Shown here: one piece after another, positions 23,325 through 36,717 of the stretch
Position numbering within the stretch: the stretch's first letter is position 1
Layout of the letters: each line of letters opens with the position of its first letter
Assembly (NCBI GenBank): GCA_032718475.1
Contig: JAUCBJ010006519.1
Location: 1-55,233, forward strand
From: Nemertoderma westbladi
Lineage: Eukaryota; Animalia; Xenacoelomorpha
Direction: 5' to 3'
DNA length: 55,233 nucleotides
Made by a program: the position numbers and the translations under genes
The notes under the pieces: generated by a model
What the model was told of the DNA's origin: nothing
What the model saw: the letters and a program-made list of their open reading frames with translations, nothing else
Databases searched by the model: none

Positions 23325-26300
23325 GTGGAGTAGGTACACGTTGGGACAAAAAGGTTCTCTATATGATGGACCAGCAACAAAGAGACCCTACCATGGCTGA
23401 TCTCATGTCATTCTTAAATGGAGAGGTAAGATTACAGCTCCTAAAGCAGTCCAGAGAGAAGACACCGGAAAGTAAGGTGAGTGAAAAACCCGTTTCTAGG
23501 AGAAAGAAAACACCAGTGTGTTATACGGACGATGGCGAAAGCCAAACCTCATATGAGTAAAACAGCAGAAAGGACACTGAAAGATCTTATTATGTCAATA
23601 AAACGAGGAAAGACGTAAGTAAATCTAAGTCTCGAACCAGTGACAGGAGAGAACAGGTAACAACTCCTCCTACATCTCCTAAGAGAATTCATGGAAGAAA
23701 GCCCGAGGAAAGAACAAGTGTGCACAACACAACACAGGTTAAAGTAAGTAATATCAAACCCAAAGGTGCATTGTGCGACGGGCCACATCGCTTGAATGGG
23801 TGTGATGAATTCTTGAAGAAATCCCTGAAGGATAGACGTGATGTCATGTGGGATAAGCGGTTGTGTTATAATTGCCTCAGACGAGGACATCAACGACGAA
23901 CCTGCTACTCAGATGCGAAGTGTGCTAAGTGTGGCGCAAAACATCACATCTTGCTGCACACCGAATTTGACGGGCCACATCGCTTGAGTGGGTGTGATGA
24001 ATTCTTGAAGAAATCCCTGAAGGATAGACGTGATGTCATGTTGGATAAGCGGTTGTGTTATAATTGCCTCAGACGAGGACATCAACGACGAACCTGCTAC
24101 TCAGATGCGAAGTGTGCTAAGTGTGGCGCAAAACATCACATCTTGCTGCACACCGAATTTGACAGAACACGCACGAGTCAGGTAAGTGAGCCCGAACTAC
24201 ATGTCCAATTCAGTGATGTGAATGGCATTGACCACAGTTCGGAGATGGAAGGATTCTACACGGACGAATTCTCCGACGAAAATGAATCCTGCTATATGAT
24301 AAACACCGCTGTGTATCGAGCACTTACGTATGAGACTGAATCGGAATCGGAAAATCCTCGACTGACTATCCCAGACCGACAGCCATCTTGGAAAGTGCCA
24401 ACTTCTTCTGTCGGTATCCGAGAATTCCCTGTGGTGCAACTGAGAGTCCATGGGCTAGGGAAGAGCCTCATAGTAAACACCCTCCTTGACTCCGGCAGCA
24501 CAGGCACCTTCATTGACAAAGAACTAGCCGAAGACATCTTTGCTGGACAACCCAAGTTCCGAACTAAGTTGAACCTTTCAGGAATTATGCAGGTTTGGGA
24601 ATCCACAGTAGCCACAGATTACTACGTGGGTGCGTTGTCCACTCCCCAGGATGAACTAGGAGAACATAGTGTAAGGTCGGTCAAAATGGTGGCTATAAAG
24701 AACTTTGCTACTAGCCAAGTGGAGCCTTACAACTGGGATGAAGACCATTTTACCCAGCAACATGATATACCTAGATTCAACACCGATTACCCAGGGGTGC
24801 AGATATTAATCGGCAAAAATGCGCACGAAGTGCTTGAGACATTAGAAAAACAGCCTGCTCGACCACAACCATTGCAGACGTATGCGGGAAGAACAAGAGT
24901 AGGTTGGTACTTCACTGGACCTTCCCGTAGAACCCTAATGGAAAGACTCCCTAATGAGAGAATACATCAGGTGAGTGAATGGGAAGAAGAAATCAGTGAG
25001 GGAGAAACCACAACTGAGGGAACCCCATACTCCTCAGACAATGACGATATCAAACAATTATATGATGAGGAAAATGCAATCGATCTCCTCACCGAGAACC
25101 AAACTTGGTTAAACCATGTCAACCTATGCCATCTCATCAATCAACATGGTGGACAATTTACTTATAATGACGAACTAAACGAAGTGATAGATCGATACAA
25201 TAACAAAATCTGTGATGAACACGCCGTACAATTCTTTACTCAAGAAGCCGTAGAGCCTAATTCCTACGACAAAGCCTTGTCCATCGAGGAAGAGAGAGCC
25301 AAGCAGATTCAGGAAACGACTACCCGTTATCTGAAGGACGAAGGTCGCTATGAGATTGGTCTTCCGTTCTGACGGCGAGAACCCAGCTTTATAAATAACC
25401 GACCTTTAGCGGAAAAGAGAATCACGCAACTACATCGGCGTCTTACGGCCAACGTTCAAGCCAGGGAAATGTATAAAACCCAGCTAAAGAAATTTATCGA
25501 TAAAGGATACGCGGAGCGAGTTCCGGAAGAAACACCAATAATGGAGAGAACGTATTATCTAACACATCATTACGTTCCCAAGCCCGGTAAACCCAACGAA
25601 GTCCGGGTAGTGTTTGACGGCTCCGCCATTTACATGGGTCAATCCCTGAACTTAGAACTGTTGCCGGGACCCAACTTACTGAAAGCCTTGTTGGGAATAT
25701 TATTAAGATTGCGGCAATATTCTATCGCATTCGCTTTGGACATAGAAGGCATGTTCTTACAAGGCAAGGCGCTGGATAGGGATCGAGACAGCCTACAATT
25801 TCTGTGGTGGCCTGAAGGAGACCTCAACCGAAAACCGGTGGAGTACTGGATGACCATCCAGGCTTTTGGGATCATCTCGAGCCCCTCGAACGCTTGTTCG
25901 GTAGTGCGTACCACTGCTGATGACAACCGAGATGCCTTCTCTAAAGCGGTTATCGACAACATCAAACGGGATATATACATACATGGACGACAATTTAGAG
26001 TCCCTCCCCTGGGTGGAAGAAGCCATTGATGTTGCCAAGGGAACGGTGGAGTGCTTGCAACGCGGTGGATTTCGGCTAACCAAATTCACTAGTAACTCCC
26101 GTGAGTTTCTGGAATCGATCCCGGTAGAAGACCGAGGTGTTAAAGATCTGGACCTCATCAAGGACGATCTTCCGGAATGTGCCGTAAGTTGCAAAGACTC
26201 AATAATAATGAGTCAACAATCATTGGTTTACCCGACTTTATTAATAATTAACACACCATGTGATTCTATTACAAACAGAGATATATTGAAGGTCAACCAG

Positions 26301-29300
26301 GATTCGCCTTAGTTTAGCTTATCTGGTAGGAATGATACCAATTATATTGCAATATAGATAAAAATAAAAATATACAGTACTCGGCAATCCAATAACCAGT
26401 ATTGCCAGTAATCATTATTCACATGTCTGAATGTCTTATATATTGACAGAAGACTGAATCACTGCTACTGATTTAGGATTATAATTAATTACCCACGTCA
26501 GTAGTACAGCTCTGTACCAGTAGTCAGGTTACTGCTTTTCAGTTTAATATTGCAGCATCCTAACTACAGTTATTAATAGGTACGCAGAGCTAAAATATTA
26601 TTAAGGCAGTATTGTCCGCAGTATACCAAGATAATAAAACTTGGTATATTAGCACCCATCCGCCCATCCATAATACAGGGCTAAAAACCTGTGGGTTCGC
26701 AATACTCTTTTTTACCAAATGTGTTTATATTCATGTATATATTCAATATTCAAACGAAATATCAGAATGTCAGAATGTAGGAACGCCTAATAGGCTATTA
26801 CGGGCTAATTGTACTGTGGTGCTATTACTGCTCCAGGGAAAGTAAGACTGTCATACCAGTACGGATTCAGAAATATATAGATGTTGAAAGTTTTTTATAT
26901 TCTTTATTGTTTCTCAATCAGTCAATACCTAGAATTATACATTCCCTTACGCCTTACTTCCATATCTTGAATATATGCCGATCGGTCAACCTTTACTGCG
27001 GAATTGATGAACGTTAATACTGTAAATTCCTGTAAAACATACAAATTCTCGTTCAACCAGGTTGCGAACCCCCTTAGCCTGTAGGTAAACACCGCTAAGT
27101 TAAAACCTGGTGGTTTTCTCTCAATATCCGGAACACGGAAACCAAGACACTTGGTTTAAAATGGGACACGGAGAGAGATATCTTGTTTTTCCAGTTAAAA
27201 CAGCGAGATAATCCAGTTAGAACTAAACGGATTTGTCTAAGTATACTGAGCACTTACTTCGATCCATTGGGATTTATTAGCCCAGTTATATCAGTTGCTC
27301 GGAGCTTAGTGCAACAAATGTGGCTCGAAAACCACTCGTGGGATGATCCATTTAAGGGAGAACTACTAAAGAAGTGGATGAAATGGGAAGATTCTCTACC
27401 ATCCATCGACAACTTTAAGATTTCCCGTTCATATTTTGGTCACGTTCTTCCCACGTATTCCTATCAACTCCATATGTTTGGAGACGCCAGCGATATGGGA
27501 ATAGGTATAGTAGCCTACCTGAGGATTGAAACTCCGGATGGAATTAAAGTTGCCTTGGTTGCCTCTAAGGCCCTAATAAACAACAAACTACGAGTTCCTC
27601 GAGCAAAGTTAAAAGTGCCTCTATACGCTACAGCCATCGGCCGGAATGTAACAGAACAGATCGACTATCCACTGGAGAAAACTGTCTATTGGACCGATGC
27701 TTTACTCGTTTTGGAGTATATAACCAATGAAGTCTGTCAGTTCAGCGTCTTTGTTACCAACAGAGTAGCTATTATACTTAGTCGCACTAATGAAGATCAA
27801 TGGAGACATTGCCCTGGGACGATTAATCCAGCTGACATCGCCTCCAGAGGAGCAACTCCTCAAGAACTGATAGATACTCCGGACTGGTTAGGTGGACCCG
27901 ATTTCCTGAGTAAAGAAGAGGATGAATGGCCCCCCTCATCTCACCACGGCGGAGATTAGACAAGCCAAGGGAGCGGAGAAAGTCAAACCTAAAACCCGGA
28001 CAAGTAAATCAAAGTTATTTAAACCCGTGATAGATCTGTCTGTACTACACATCTCCGGGGACTATGGTGTGGATCTAAACTCCCCCACCACAAACAAATC
28101 TGTTATAGAAATCAGAGAAAGAGACTGGAAATCTGGAACACCAGATGTCTCACAAGGTCTCTCCCCTCTCCTCCAGAGAGCAATAAATCATTATAGCTCC
28201 TGGAATCGGCTTTGCAAGGCCGTTGTTTATCTCAAGAGATGTTTCCATCAACACTATTCTAGGATGAAGATTGCTAGTGATACTGCTCCAATAATATCCG
28301 AAAAGGTCCATGCTATTAAAGACCTTCCCGCTTATAAACTGTCTGATAGGTTTCTGACTGAGAAGATCAGTTACCAAGAGCATAAAGATACCAATAAGCA
28401 GATACTGAGACTCCTGCAATGCTACGAAGTATTTCCTGTTGTTGAGAAATCCACAGATGCGCTTAAGGGATCGTTTCTCTAGCACAATGATAGATGGGTT
28501 AATACGTGTCGGAGGAAGATTAACTAATGCTCCATTGTCCTTTGACACTAAGTTTCCCATACTCATTAGAAATCTTGAAATACAAATCACGATGATTGTA
28601 GATGTACACAGTAGGCTTTACCATGCTGGTAGAGAACGAGTTCTTAGCGAAATTCGAACTCGCTATTATTTCCATAAGCCCTGTAGAGCTCTGAACCAAG
28701 TTCTTAGGAACTGTATACCCTGTAGGAAAGCATTCAGTAGGCCTTTAACACAGCGAGAGGCAGAATTACCTAGGGAACGCGTAAGCTTCTATGAACCACC
28801 CTTTACTAATACTGGTGTGGATTTATTTGGCCCTATTGAAGTATATCGTGCTAGGACTATCGTCAAGCGATGGTGTGTCATCTTTGTCTGTATGACTTGT
28901 AGAGCGATCCATCTAGATATGGTGAACGATCTATCTACCAACAGCTTCATACTGAGTTTACGCCGACAGATCGCTTGCTTTGGAACTAGCAACACCATGA
29001 GATCCGACAAGGAAACGAACTTCATTGGCGCCAATAATTAGATCAAAGCTTACGTGAAAGATTGGAACCAAATACAGGTGGACGATCAGCTAAGGGTAAC
29101 AGCATCTAGCTGGACCTACAACGCCGCCGACGCCCCTTGGTGGGGAGGAAGTTGGGAGAGATTAATACAGAGCGTGAAGACCGCATTTCACTTTATAGTG
29201 CCGTGCCGCGCGTATCTCACCGACGAACTTTTGCAGACATTAATGGAAGAAATCGCCGCCTATATAACGAGAGACCACTTATGCCAGTCTCATCAAGTCC

Positions 29301-29637
29301 CGACTCCCTAAAAGCACTAACACCCGCGCATTTCCTACTAAAGAAACCTGTAGCCAGGCTCCCGCAATCGGAAATCACGGACGGAGACGAATACTGCCGA
29401 CAAACTTGGCAACTTATGCAGTTATTATCCCGTCGTTTCGCTGACCATTTCGAAAAACATTATCTTCCTACGCTACAACTTCGAACAAAATGGTTTGCGC
29501 AGCAAGAAAACGTCAGAGACATGGTCCTTATTGTGGAATCAGATCTTCCACATAAGAGGTGGCAGACAGGTCGTATCATCGAGACTCATATATCCGATGA
29601 TGGTTTAGTGCGATCGGTGTCTGGAGTGGGTGTGTGA
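23325..29637 (+). pseudogene. gag-pol: Remainder of gag-pol of element B (many stops/frameshifts, split by solo LTR)
   Basis: Colinear with 11214-16355 of A; same PR, RT, RH, IN motifs. Confidence 0.93.
26178..27135. mobile_element. Solo LTR (958 bp) of another family
   Basis: TGTGCCG...CGGAACA termini, 5-bp TSD CGGAA; flanks rejoin as DDLPE/TKTLG. Confidence 0.88.
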
Positions 29638-29711
29638 CTACATTATTTTATATTTGTTTTTTATTAATTTTATATTTATGTATGTATTATTACGTAATTT
29701 TATTATTATAA

Positions 29712-32700
29712 TGTAGTTCATGTAATAATCCTGTTAATCGTTTTAACTTAGATTTACTTCTAGAATTTGTAAGACAGGAACTTGAATCTAGAGAATCTAT
29801 TAATTTCTCTGTAAATGCTGGAAATAACCGACCTAAAACCAATAATGTGTCCAATTTCAAACCTTTACAGGTTTATAACTTCAATCCAAAACCTTCATCA
29901 ACTTCCACATTGGTTGTTAATGACAACCCCCAAGCATTATATAGTTGCCCTATCTGCAAGGGAAGAACACATAAACTCAAGGACTGTTCAGTTTTCATGG
30001 CACAATCTGCTGAAGGTAGACTTAACCTTTTGAGGACTAGCAACTTGTGTACCAATTGTTATGGTCTCCACAAGACTAAGGATTGCACCTCTCCATATAG
30101 CTGTCGGTATTGTGGTAAAAGGCACCACTCCCTATTGTGTTTTAAACAATATAATACCGGTGGTTCGCAATCTGGTCCTGGACCTGCACGTTCAAATCCA
30201 TTAACTGGATCCACAAATCAATCAGGTAAATTCCAACATACTATGGGTCCACCTACAATAAAACCATTTAAACCAAATAATCCTGGGAATACTGTTTATC
30301 ACAGTAATACCAATAATACTTCAAATAATTCCCTCGTTTCCATTTCACCCATTTTGCCTACCATAGCTAATGATACTTCTGTTTTTGTCAAACTTGCCAA
30401 AACAGTAGTTTACCCTCAAAACACTACAAGTTGTTTTTCTATTTATGTATATTTGAATGATGGTTCAAAGAGAACTTATATCCTATCAAATCTTGCTAAT
30501 CGGTTGCAATTACCCATTATACAATCTCAGACAATGACAACTGGTTCATTTGGAGGTAATGTTGACACCTATCCATCAAATTTGGTTGAACTCCAGTTAT
30601 ATAGTGAGTTTTATACCGATCCAATCACTATCACTGCATGGACTGCTCCTAATTTATGTCCCATTATGCGTCAGGAAAAGCTTACAACTTTACCAACCCC
30701 TATTTCTCACCTAAGTAGTTGGGCTGACAGTTTTGATGGTGGGGAACGTGAGATAGCAATTATTATTGGGGCAGACCAAATATGGTCTGTTACAGGAGCT
30801 GTTCTACATTACCCCAATTGCCCTGTTGTCTTAGATACTTTCTTTGGGCGCGTTCTTTCGAGAAAATTAACCCACTCAAGTCAACCCAGTCAATCTCCAT
30901 TACTGGAAAGTACCCCATCTCCATCATTATTGATCACTGATACTACACCTTATACTAATATTGCCCGTTTATGGGATCTAGAAACAGTTGGTGTTACTGA
31001 TAAAGAAATTAACCTAGACCCTTATACTAAACCTATAGTATCATGTGAGGTGCCTCCTCACTATCAAGTTTCACTTCCATTTCGAGGCCATCAGCGCCCT
31101 TTAACCAATTATTCGATGGTGTCCAAACTTCAACATCGAATTGTTGCTGGTATCAAACCCCCTGAAAAATTAATATATTCTTCAAAATTCCAAAAACTTA
31201 TGGATGATGGATATATTGAAGTTGCTTCAACAAACAATGATGAAGGATTTTTTCTTCCTAATCACCTTGTCTTTAGCTCTAACAAGTATAGAGTTGTTTT
31301 CAATGGATCTGCCACTGACATTAATGGACTTAGCCTTAATTCTTGTTTAGACCCAGGCCCCAATATGTTAATGTCTTTGGTAGATACTGTATTACGCTTC
31401 TGCTTTTATCCATATGTGGTAATGGGCGATATTGAGGCCGCATATCATCAAGTTGTACTTGAACCTTGTGATCGTAAATGGACCAAATTTATTTGGAATA
31501 ATCAAGTGTATCAATTTAGACGAGTCCCATTTGGATTATCATCTAGTTCTTTTCTGCTTAATTCTACTCTTTTACATCATATAATGACGCATTCACCACC
31601 TGAGCTTGTAAATGATCTCCTAAAGTCAATATACTCTGATGATCTAATGCATGGGAATAATGACCCACAAAAGTCAATAGAGTTTATTTCTATGGCTGCA
31701 TCCATCTTAGCCAAGGCTGGAATGAATCTTCGGCCAGTTAATAACCCTCAGAAGGTCTTAGGACAACCATGGAACTCTGATCTGGATGAAATATTCATTG
31801 AAACATCGCATATAATCACACCTTCCCGCTATACTCCTAGGGAAATGTTGACTGCTTTAGCACAAATTTATGATCCACTCGGTATGATTTGTGCCTGGAC
31901 TATTGTAGCCCGCATTATAATTCAGAAAGCGTGGAAAGCTGGTGGTAAATGGGATAAACCAATTCCAGAGAATCTGCGAATCGAATGGAATAATTGGATA
32001 ATGAATAAGGGTGTTGAAGTTTCATTTCCACGTTGTATCTATTTAACTCCTAATGTTATTGTACACATTTTTTGTGATGCCTCTATGAATGCATACTCAT
32101 TTCTTGTTTATACTAAAGAACTTGGAAGTATTCCCAATTTATTATTTGGAAAATCAAGAGCAGCACCAATAAAAAAGAATACATTATCCACACCACGTTT
32201 AGAACTCATGGCTTGCACTCTTGGTGTAAACTTTGCCAGTCATAATATTAGGAAGTTATTTATACCAAAGCAAATCTTTTTATGGAGTGATTCAATGTGT
32301 GCCTTACAATGGATACGTGGTGGTGCAACAAAACGTGATATATTTGTAGCAAATCGAGTTGAGTCAATTACGAATAATACGGATCCTCACCAATGGCATC
32401 ATGTGCCTTCTGAATTAAATCCTGCGGATATCCCTTCTAGGGGATGTGATCTTATTAAACTTACTACAAATAGCTTTTACAAACATGGTCCATCATTCTT
32501 GCAAGAACCAGAATATTTGTGGCCTTCTGAACCAACTTCCCCTCCACAACTTTTGATAACCGACTCTCAACAATTAAATTCATTTTCAGAATGTAATTTA
32601 ATTTCCATTCCTTCATACTTCAAGCTCTCGCAACCTGTTCGGGTATTGTCCTGGATAAAGCGTTTTATTTATAACGCCCAAAAGATAAGATAGTGGGTAA

Positions 32701-34165
32701 TCTTTACTATTTTGAGCTTCGTAAGTCTCTGCATTTCCTTATTCTGTTTGAGCAACATTTGTTTTTCCAATGTGAAATTAATTCCTTGAAATGTAAAATG
32801 AATGGTTCTGTATCTCCCGCTTCTTCTATTCATAAACTTCACCCCATTATTCATAATGACCTACTAGTTATGTCACCACGTACTGGCGAACCATATCTAA
32901 TAATATTGCCAAAGCGAAGTCATTTAACGAAATTAATTGCTATGAACTACCATTGTGAATTAATGCATCAAGGACCAGATGCGACATTAGCCCAAATTAG
33001 AACAAAATATTGGATTCCTGGTGGCCGTTCACTAGTGCGCCAGATGAGTCATAAATGTAATGCATGTAAACGCTATCATGCCCTACCATATAAGGCTCCC
33101 GAATCAGAGTTGCAACCATTTCGACGTCAAGCTATTGCTCCTTTCATAGTTTCTGGAATGGATCATTTTGGCCCTATTTATGTAACAGGAGGTGAAAAAT
33201 CACAGTGTCTTCTCTTCACATGTTCCTCTACACGAGCTATACATCTAGAACTTGTCGATAATTGTTCAACTCGTGAAACATATTTAGCAATGCGGAGATT
33301 TCTTTCATTGAGAGTACCTCCCTTTACTCATATAAGTGTCCACTCAGATAATACCAAGGCATTCCATGCATTATCGTCCATGAAATTTCCAAATCACACT
33401 GTTACTCATCATTTTATACCAGCATGCTCACCCCATTGGGGAGGCTGGTGGGAGAGAATGGTTCGTGTTGTAAAAACTTGTCTACGAATAACTTTCCACA
33501 AACGTGTATTTACAAAGGCTGAACTTCGAGCTATTTTAATAGAAGTTGCACCTGTTCTTAACATGAGACCAATTACTACTACCTCGTTTGATATCAGTGA
33601 TGATGCCTGTTTAACGCCCAGCCATTTCCTATATGGTATTCCTCCACCTGACAATGTTTTGGATTATCATGCATGTAATGTTGATTCAACTACACTTCGA
33701 AAAAGTCTTCTATCACGCGATCTAATATCTAGGCGTATTTGGAAAGCCTGGAGTGATAAATATTTGGCAGAACTACGTACATGGAATACTAAGGTGTCAC
33801 CGTCATATCTACCAAAAGTGAGAGATATTGTTCTTGTAAAAGAATCTTCACCTCGAGGGAAATGGCCATTAGCACGTGTAACCAAAATATTTCCAGGACG
33901 TGACAACATTCCCCGAGCTGCAGAAATTAAACTTCATGGAAAAACTCTATCCAGGTCAATACATCTCTTATTTCCTTTGGAAACTGATGTTAATGGTTTG
34001 AATGTGTCTCCTGAAACATCTACTCAAAATCGTGGGGGTATTGATCAGTGTGCTCTACGCATCGTTGGTAATCCAACCACTCCAGTTGATATGCCGTGCG
34101 TTACTGAACCTCCTAAATCGAATTATACCACTAGGTATGGACGAACTGTGAAACCACCTAAGTGA
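29712..34165 (+). pseudogene. pol: gag end + pol of D, frameshift at ~32690
   Basis: Triple knuckle CPIC/CTNC/CRYC, RVPFGL, YSDD, FCDAS, NPADIPSRG, SPHWGGWWERMVRVVK. Confidence 0.92.
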
Positions 34166-34251
34166 TCTTAAATTTGACTATATCCTTAGGTACGAGATAC
34201 CTCCAACGTTGTTTTCCTTTGCAGCATTGGAATGTCTGCAACGTGGGGGTG

Positions 34252-34560
34252 TGTTCTACGCACAGAACTTAGCTTAATAATGTTATCACCTATTATACCA
34301 TTATACTGTATATTAGATATGGTGAAGGGGTTTTTTGCTTTATAAAATATTTACGGTCTGTGATCAGCTGATTTTATTGCAGTACCGGTATTGTTATTCT
34401 AGTACAGTATTATTGAAATCAGTATGTGTCAGTCGGTCAGTACATTAGTATGTTCAACATTAACTGAATTGTTAATTATTATAAAAATGCTGGAAGTGAC
34501 AAATTACTATATTGTTGTCCTTATTTATGTATTTTATATTAGTGGAAACAGTCTGCAACA
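34252..34560 (+). repeat. Putative 3' LTR of D
   Basis: TGTT right after PPT; ends at AACA 34550 or 34560 just before B homology resumes; no partner copy. Confidence 0.55.
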
Positions 34561-34644
34561 GTCCGGGGGCATTGAGGGGGAGGCAGCAACGACCGCTGGC
34601 CTAAATATCATTAATTATAATATCGATAAAGTCATATAGCAGCT

Positions 34645-35050
34645 ATGACTGAGTTAATAGAAGATGATCTTGGTATCAGGGAGCGATATACCCTACCATT
34701 GCAAGCGTTTGTGGATAGTTTAATAAGCGGCGATGCTAGTCAACCTACTACGGAGGATGATGGCCATTATATCGAACCGCCAATGTCAAAGGAACAGCTC
34801 ACGCGTGAATTGGACTATAGAAAATTGACCGCTCGCTATACGCATCGTAATGGTACGTATATGGACTTCTTAACTACTGGTCATCCTATCGATTTACACG
34901 ATACGGACGATGTAGATACCGAAAGGGAAATGATCCTATTTAAATATCATACCCAGCGGAGTCGGAACGATAAACTGAGAATCAAACATGAGAATTCTAT
35001 TCGAAACTGACTCGAAAGAGAAGATGTTGAAGAGCCGGATAAACGTAGTG
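34645..35050 (+). pseudogene. 5' part of ORF3 of element B
   Basis: MTELIEDDLGIRERY...EPPMSKEQLTRELDYRK matches A 17959-18364. Confidence 0.9.
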
Positions 35051-36545
35051 TGTTGCCGTTATCCCAAACACCAGGGGGGAAAACGCCGATGCTGGAGACG
35101 TGACTTTACAGACCACAGAGTCCCGGCCAGTCACCGGATATTGATTGTGGAGAAGGAATGATATCTTGAATGCAGGATTGCGGTTGAGGAAAAGGTGCAT
35201 TGATTGGATATACTCTTTAATGTAACTTCCTACAGTTGAACCCTGATTGATAATTAATTGGGCTTCCCCAAATCAATATACACCAAATATTCACAATAAT
35301 TATACACGACAATATAAATCCCTACAGTATATTATTTAATTACCCACTGTTCGCTCAGACATTAGCCTACCTAATGTTCCCCAGATTTTCCCTCGGTCCT
35401 GGTCTTAGTGCCGTAGTGTCGGTGTCGGTCGACCCTGTCGCGTGTCCGTTCCACCCCTCCCGAACCCCGAAGGGATCGATCATCGAGAACCAGCACGGCT
35501 TGGCTAAGGGTCGGTCCAGTCGGTAGACTCTGTCGCTTATCCGTCCCACCCCTCCCGAACCCCGAAGGGATCGATCATCAAGAACCAGTACGGCTTGCCG
35601 CTTGGTTAGGAGTCTGTCATGTCGGTGGACCCGTTCGCGTATCCGTCCCACCCCTCCCGAACCCCGAAGGGTTCGATCATCGAGAACCAGTACGGCTTGG
35701 CTAGGGGTCCGTCGGTTCATCGCAGAGACCCAACCACCTAGGCTTTCCGAGTCCTTATTCAGGCTCGTAGTCGCTTTGGCAGCCGAGAAACTGCTCCGAA
35801 CAGTCGGTAGGCCAGTAGCATCCAGTCCTTTGTCTTTCGACCCCGTCGCATGTCCGTCCCACCCCTCACGAACCCCGAAGGGATCGGTCATCGAGAACCA
35901 GTACGGCTTAGCTAAGGGGGCTATCGTTTCCCATCGCGAATCCCTGGCGCAAGCAGCCGGCGTTCCGATGTCCTTTTCAGGCTCGTAATAACTGCTGTTG
36001 ACCAGAGACTGCTAAGGGCAGTCCTCGTCAAACCCATCCTCTGTTAGTCGGCCAACCTTTCGCATGTCCGTCCCACCCCTCGCGAACCCCGAAGGGATCG
36101 GTCATCGAGAACCAGTATGGCTTAGCTAAGGGGGCTGTCGTTTCCCGTCGCGAATCCCTGGCGCAAGCAGCCGGCGTTCCGATGTCCTTTTCAGGCTCGT
36201 AATAACTGCTGTTGGCCAGGGGCCGCTAAGGGCAGTCCTTGTCCTTTAGGCCTGGCGCGTTACCAAATCCACCTCTACAGGCAGCAGGAAGTTGGCCAGG
36301 GCCTAATAGTACTCAGGCTAACCTGAATACTGCTTAACTTTGCCTCCCACCCCTGGCCCTTATAAACATGAAATTATTCCCATACCCTGTAAGTTGCCCC
36401 AATGTTCGCCCATAAATCGCCCCCAGTCCATTGAAAGTGCCCAGAACCCATGGTCCCGCACTCAGTAGTGATATCGGAATAATCATTTTAAATAAATACA
36501 AAAAATATTCAACTCGCGTTATGAAAAGTTGAAATACCGCGAACA
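35051..36545 (-). repeat. 3' LTR of E with internal tandem repeats
   Basis: Matches 46390-47877 (~22 substitutions, one 7-bp indel). Confidence 0.95.
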
Positions 36546-36717
36546 GTCCCCCCCAATGACCTTCGTGAGGTCTATCGGTAGATTGAGTTTGCGTAGGTCA
36601 TTCCCAATATAAAAAACCCAAATTTAATATTGCATAGTCATAATTAATTTGGCCTAGAGTTTATAGATATGTATAAAAATAAATGTTCAATAAATGTTCC
36701 TGGAATATCCCGGTCCA

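Larger units (their letters stand above)
29712..34560 (+). mobile_element. 5'-truncated BEL/Pao element D (distinct family)
   Basis: Starts mid-gag, pol, G-rich PPT GTGGGGGTG then TGTT; no 5' LTR or TSD visible. Confidence 0.85.

Noticed and set aside
32680-32700. Programmed recoding in D pol
   Set aside because: Break lies between RNase H and integrase with no slippery site; simple indel more likely.
35440-36240. CRISPR-like repeat/spacer pattern or hammerhead array
   Set aside because: Linkers are related to each other, array is duplicated with the LTR, no cas genes, eukaryotic context; hammerhead core absent.
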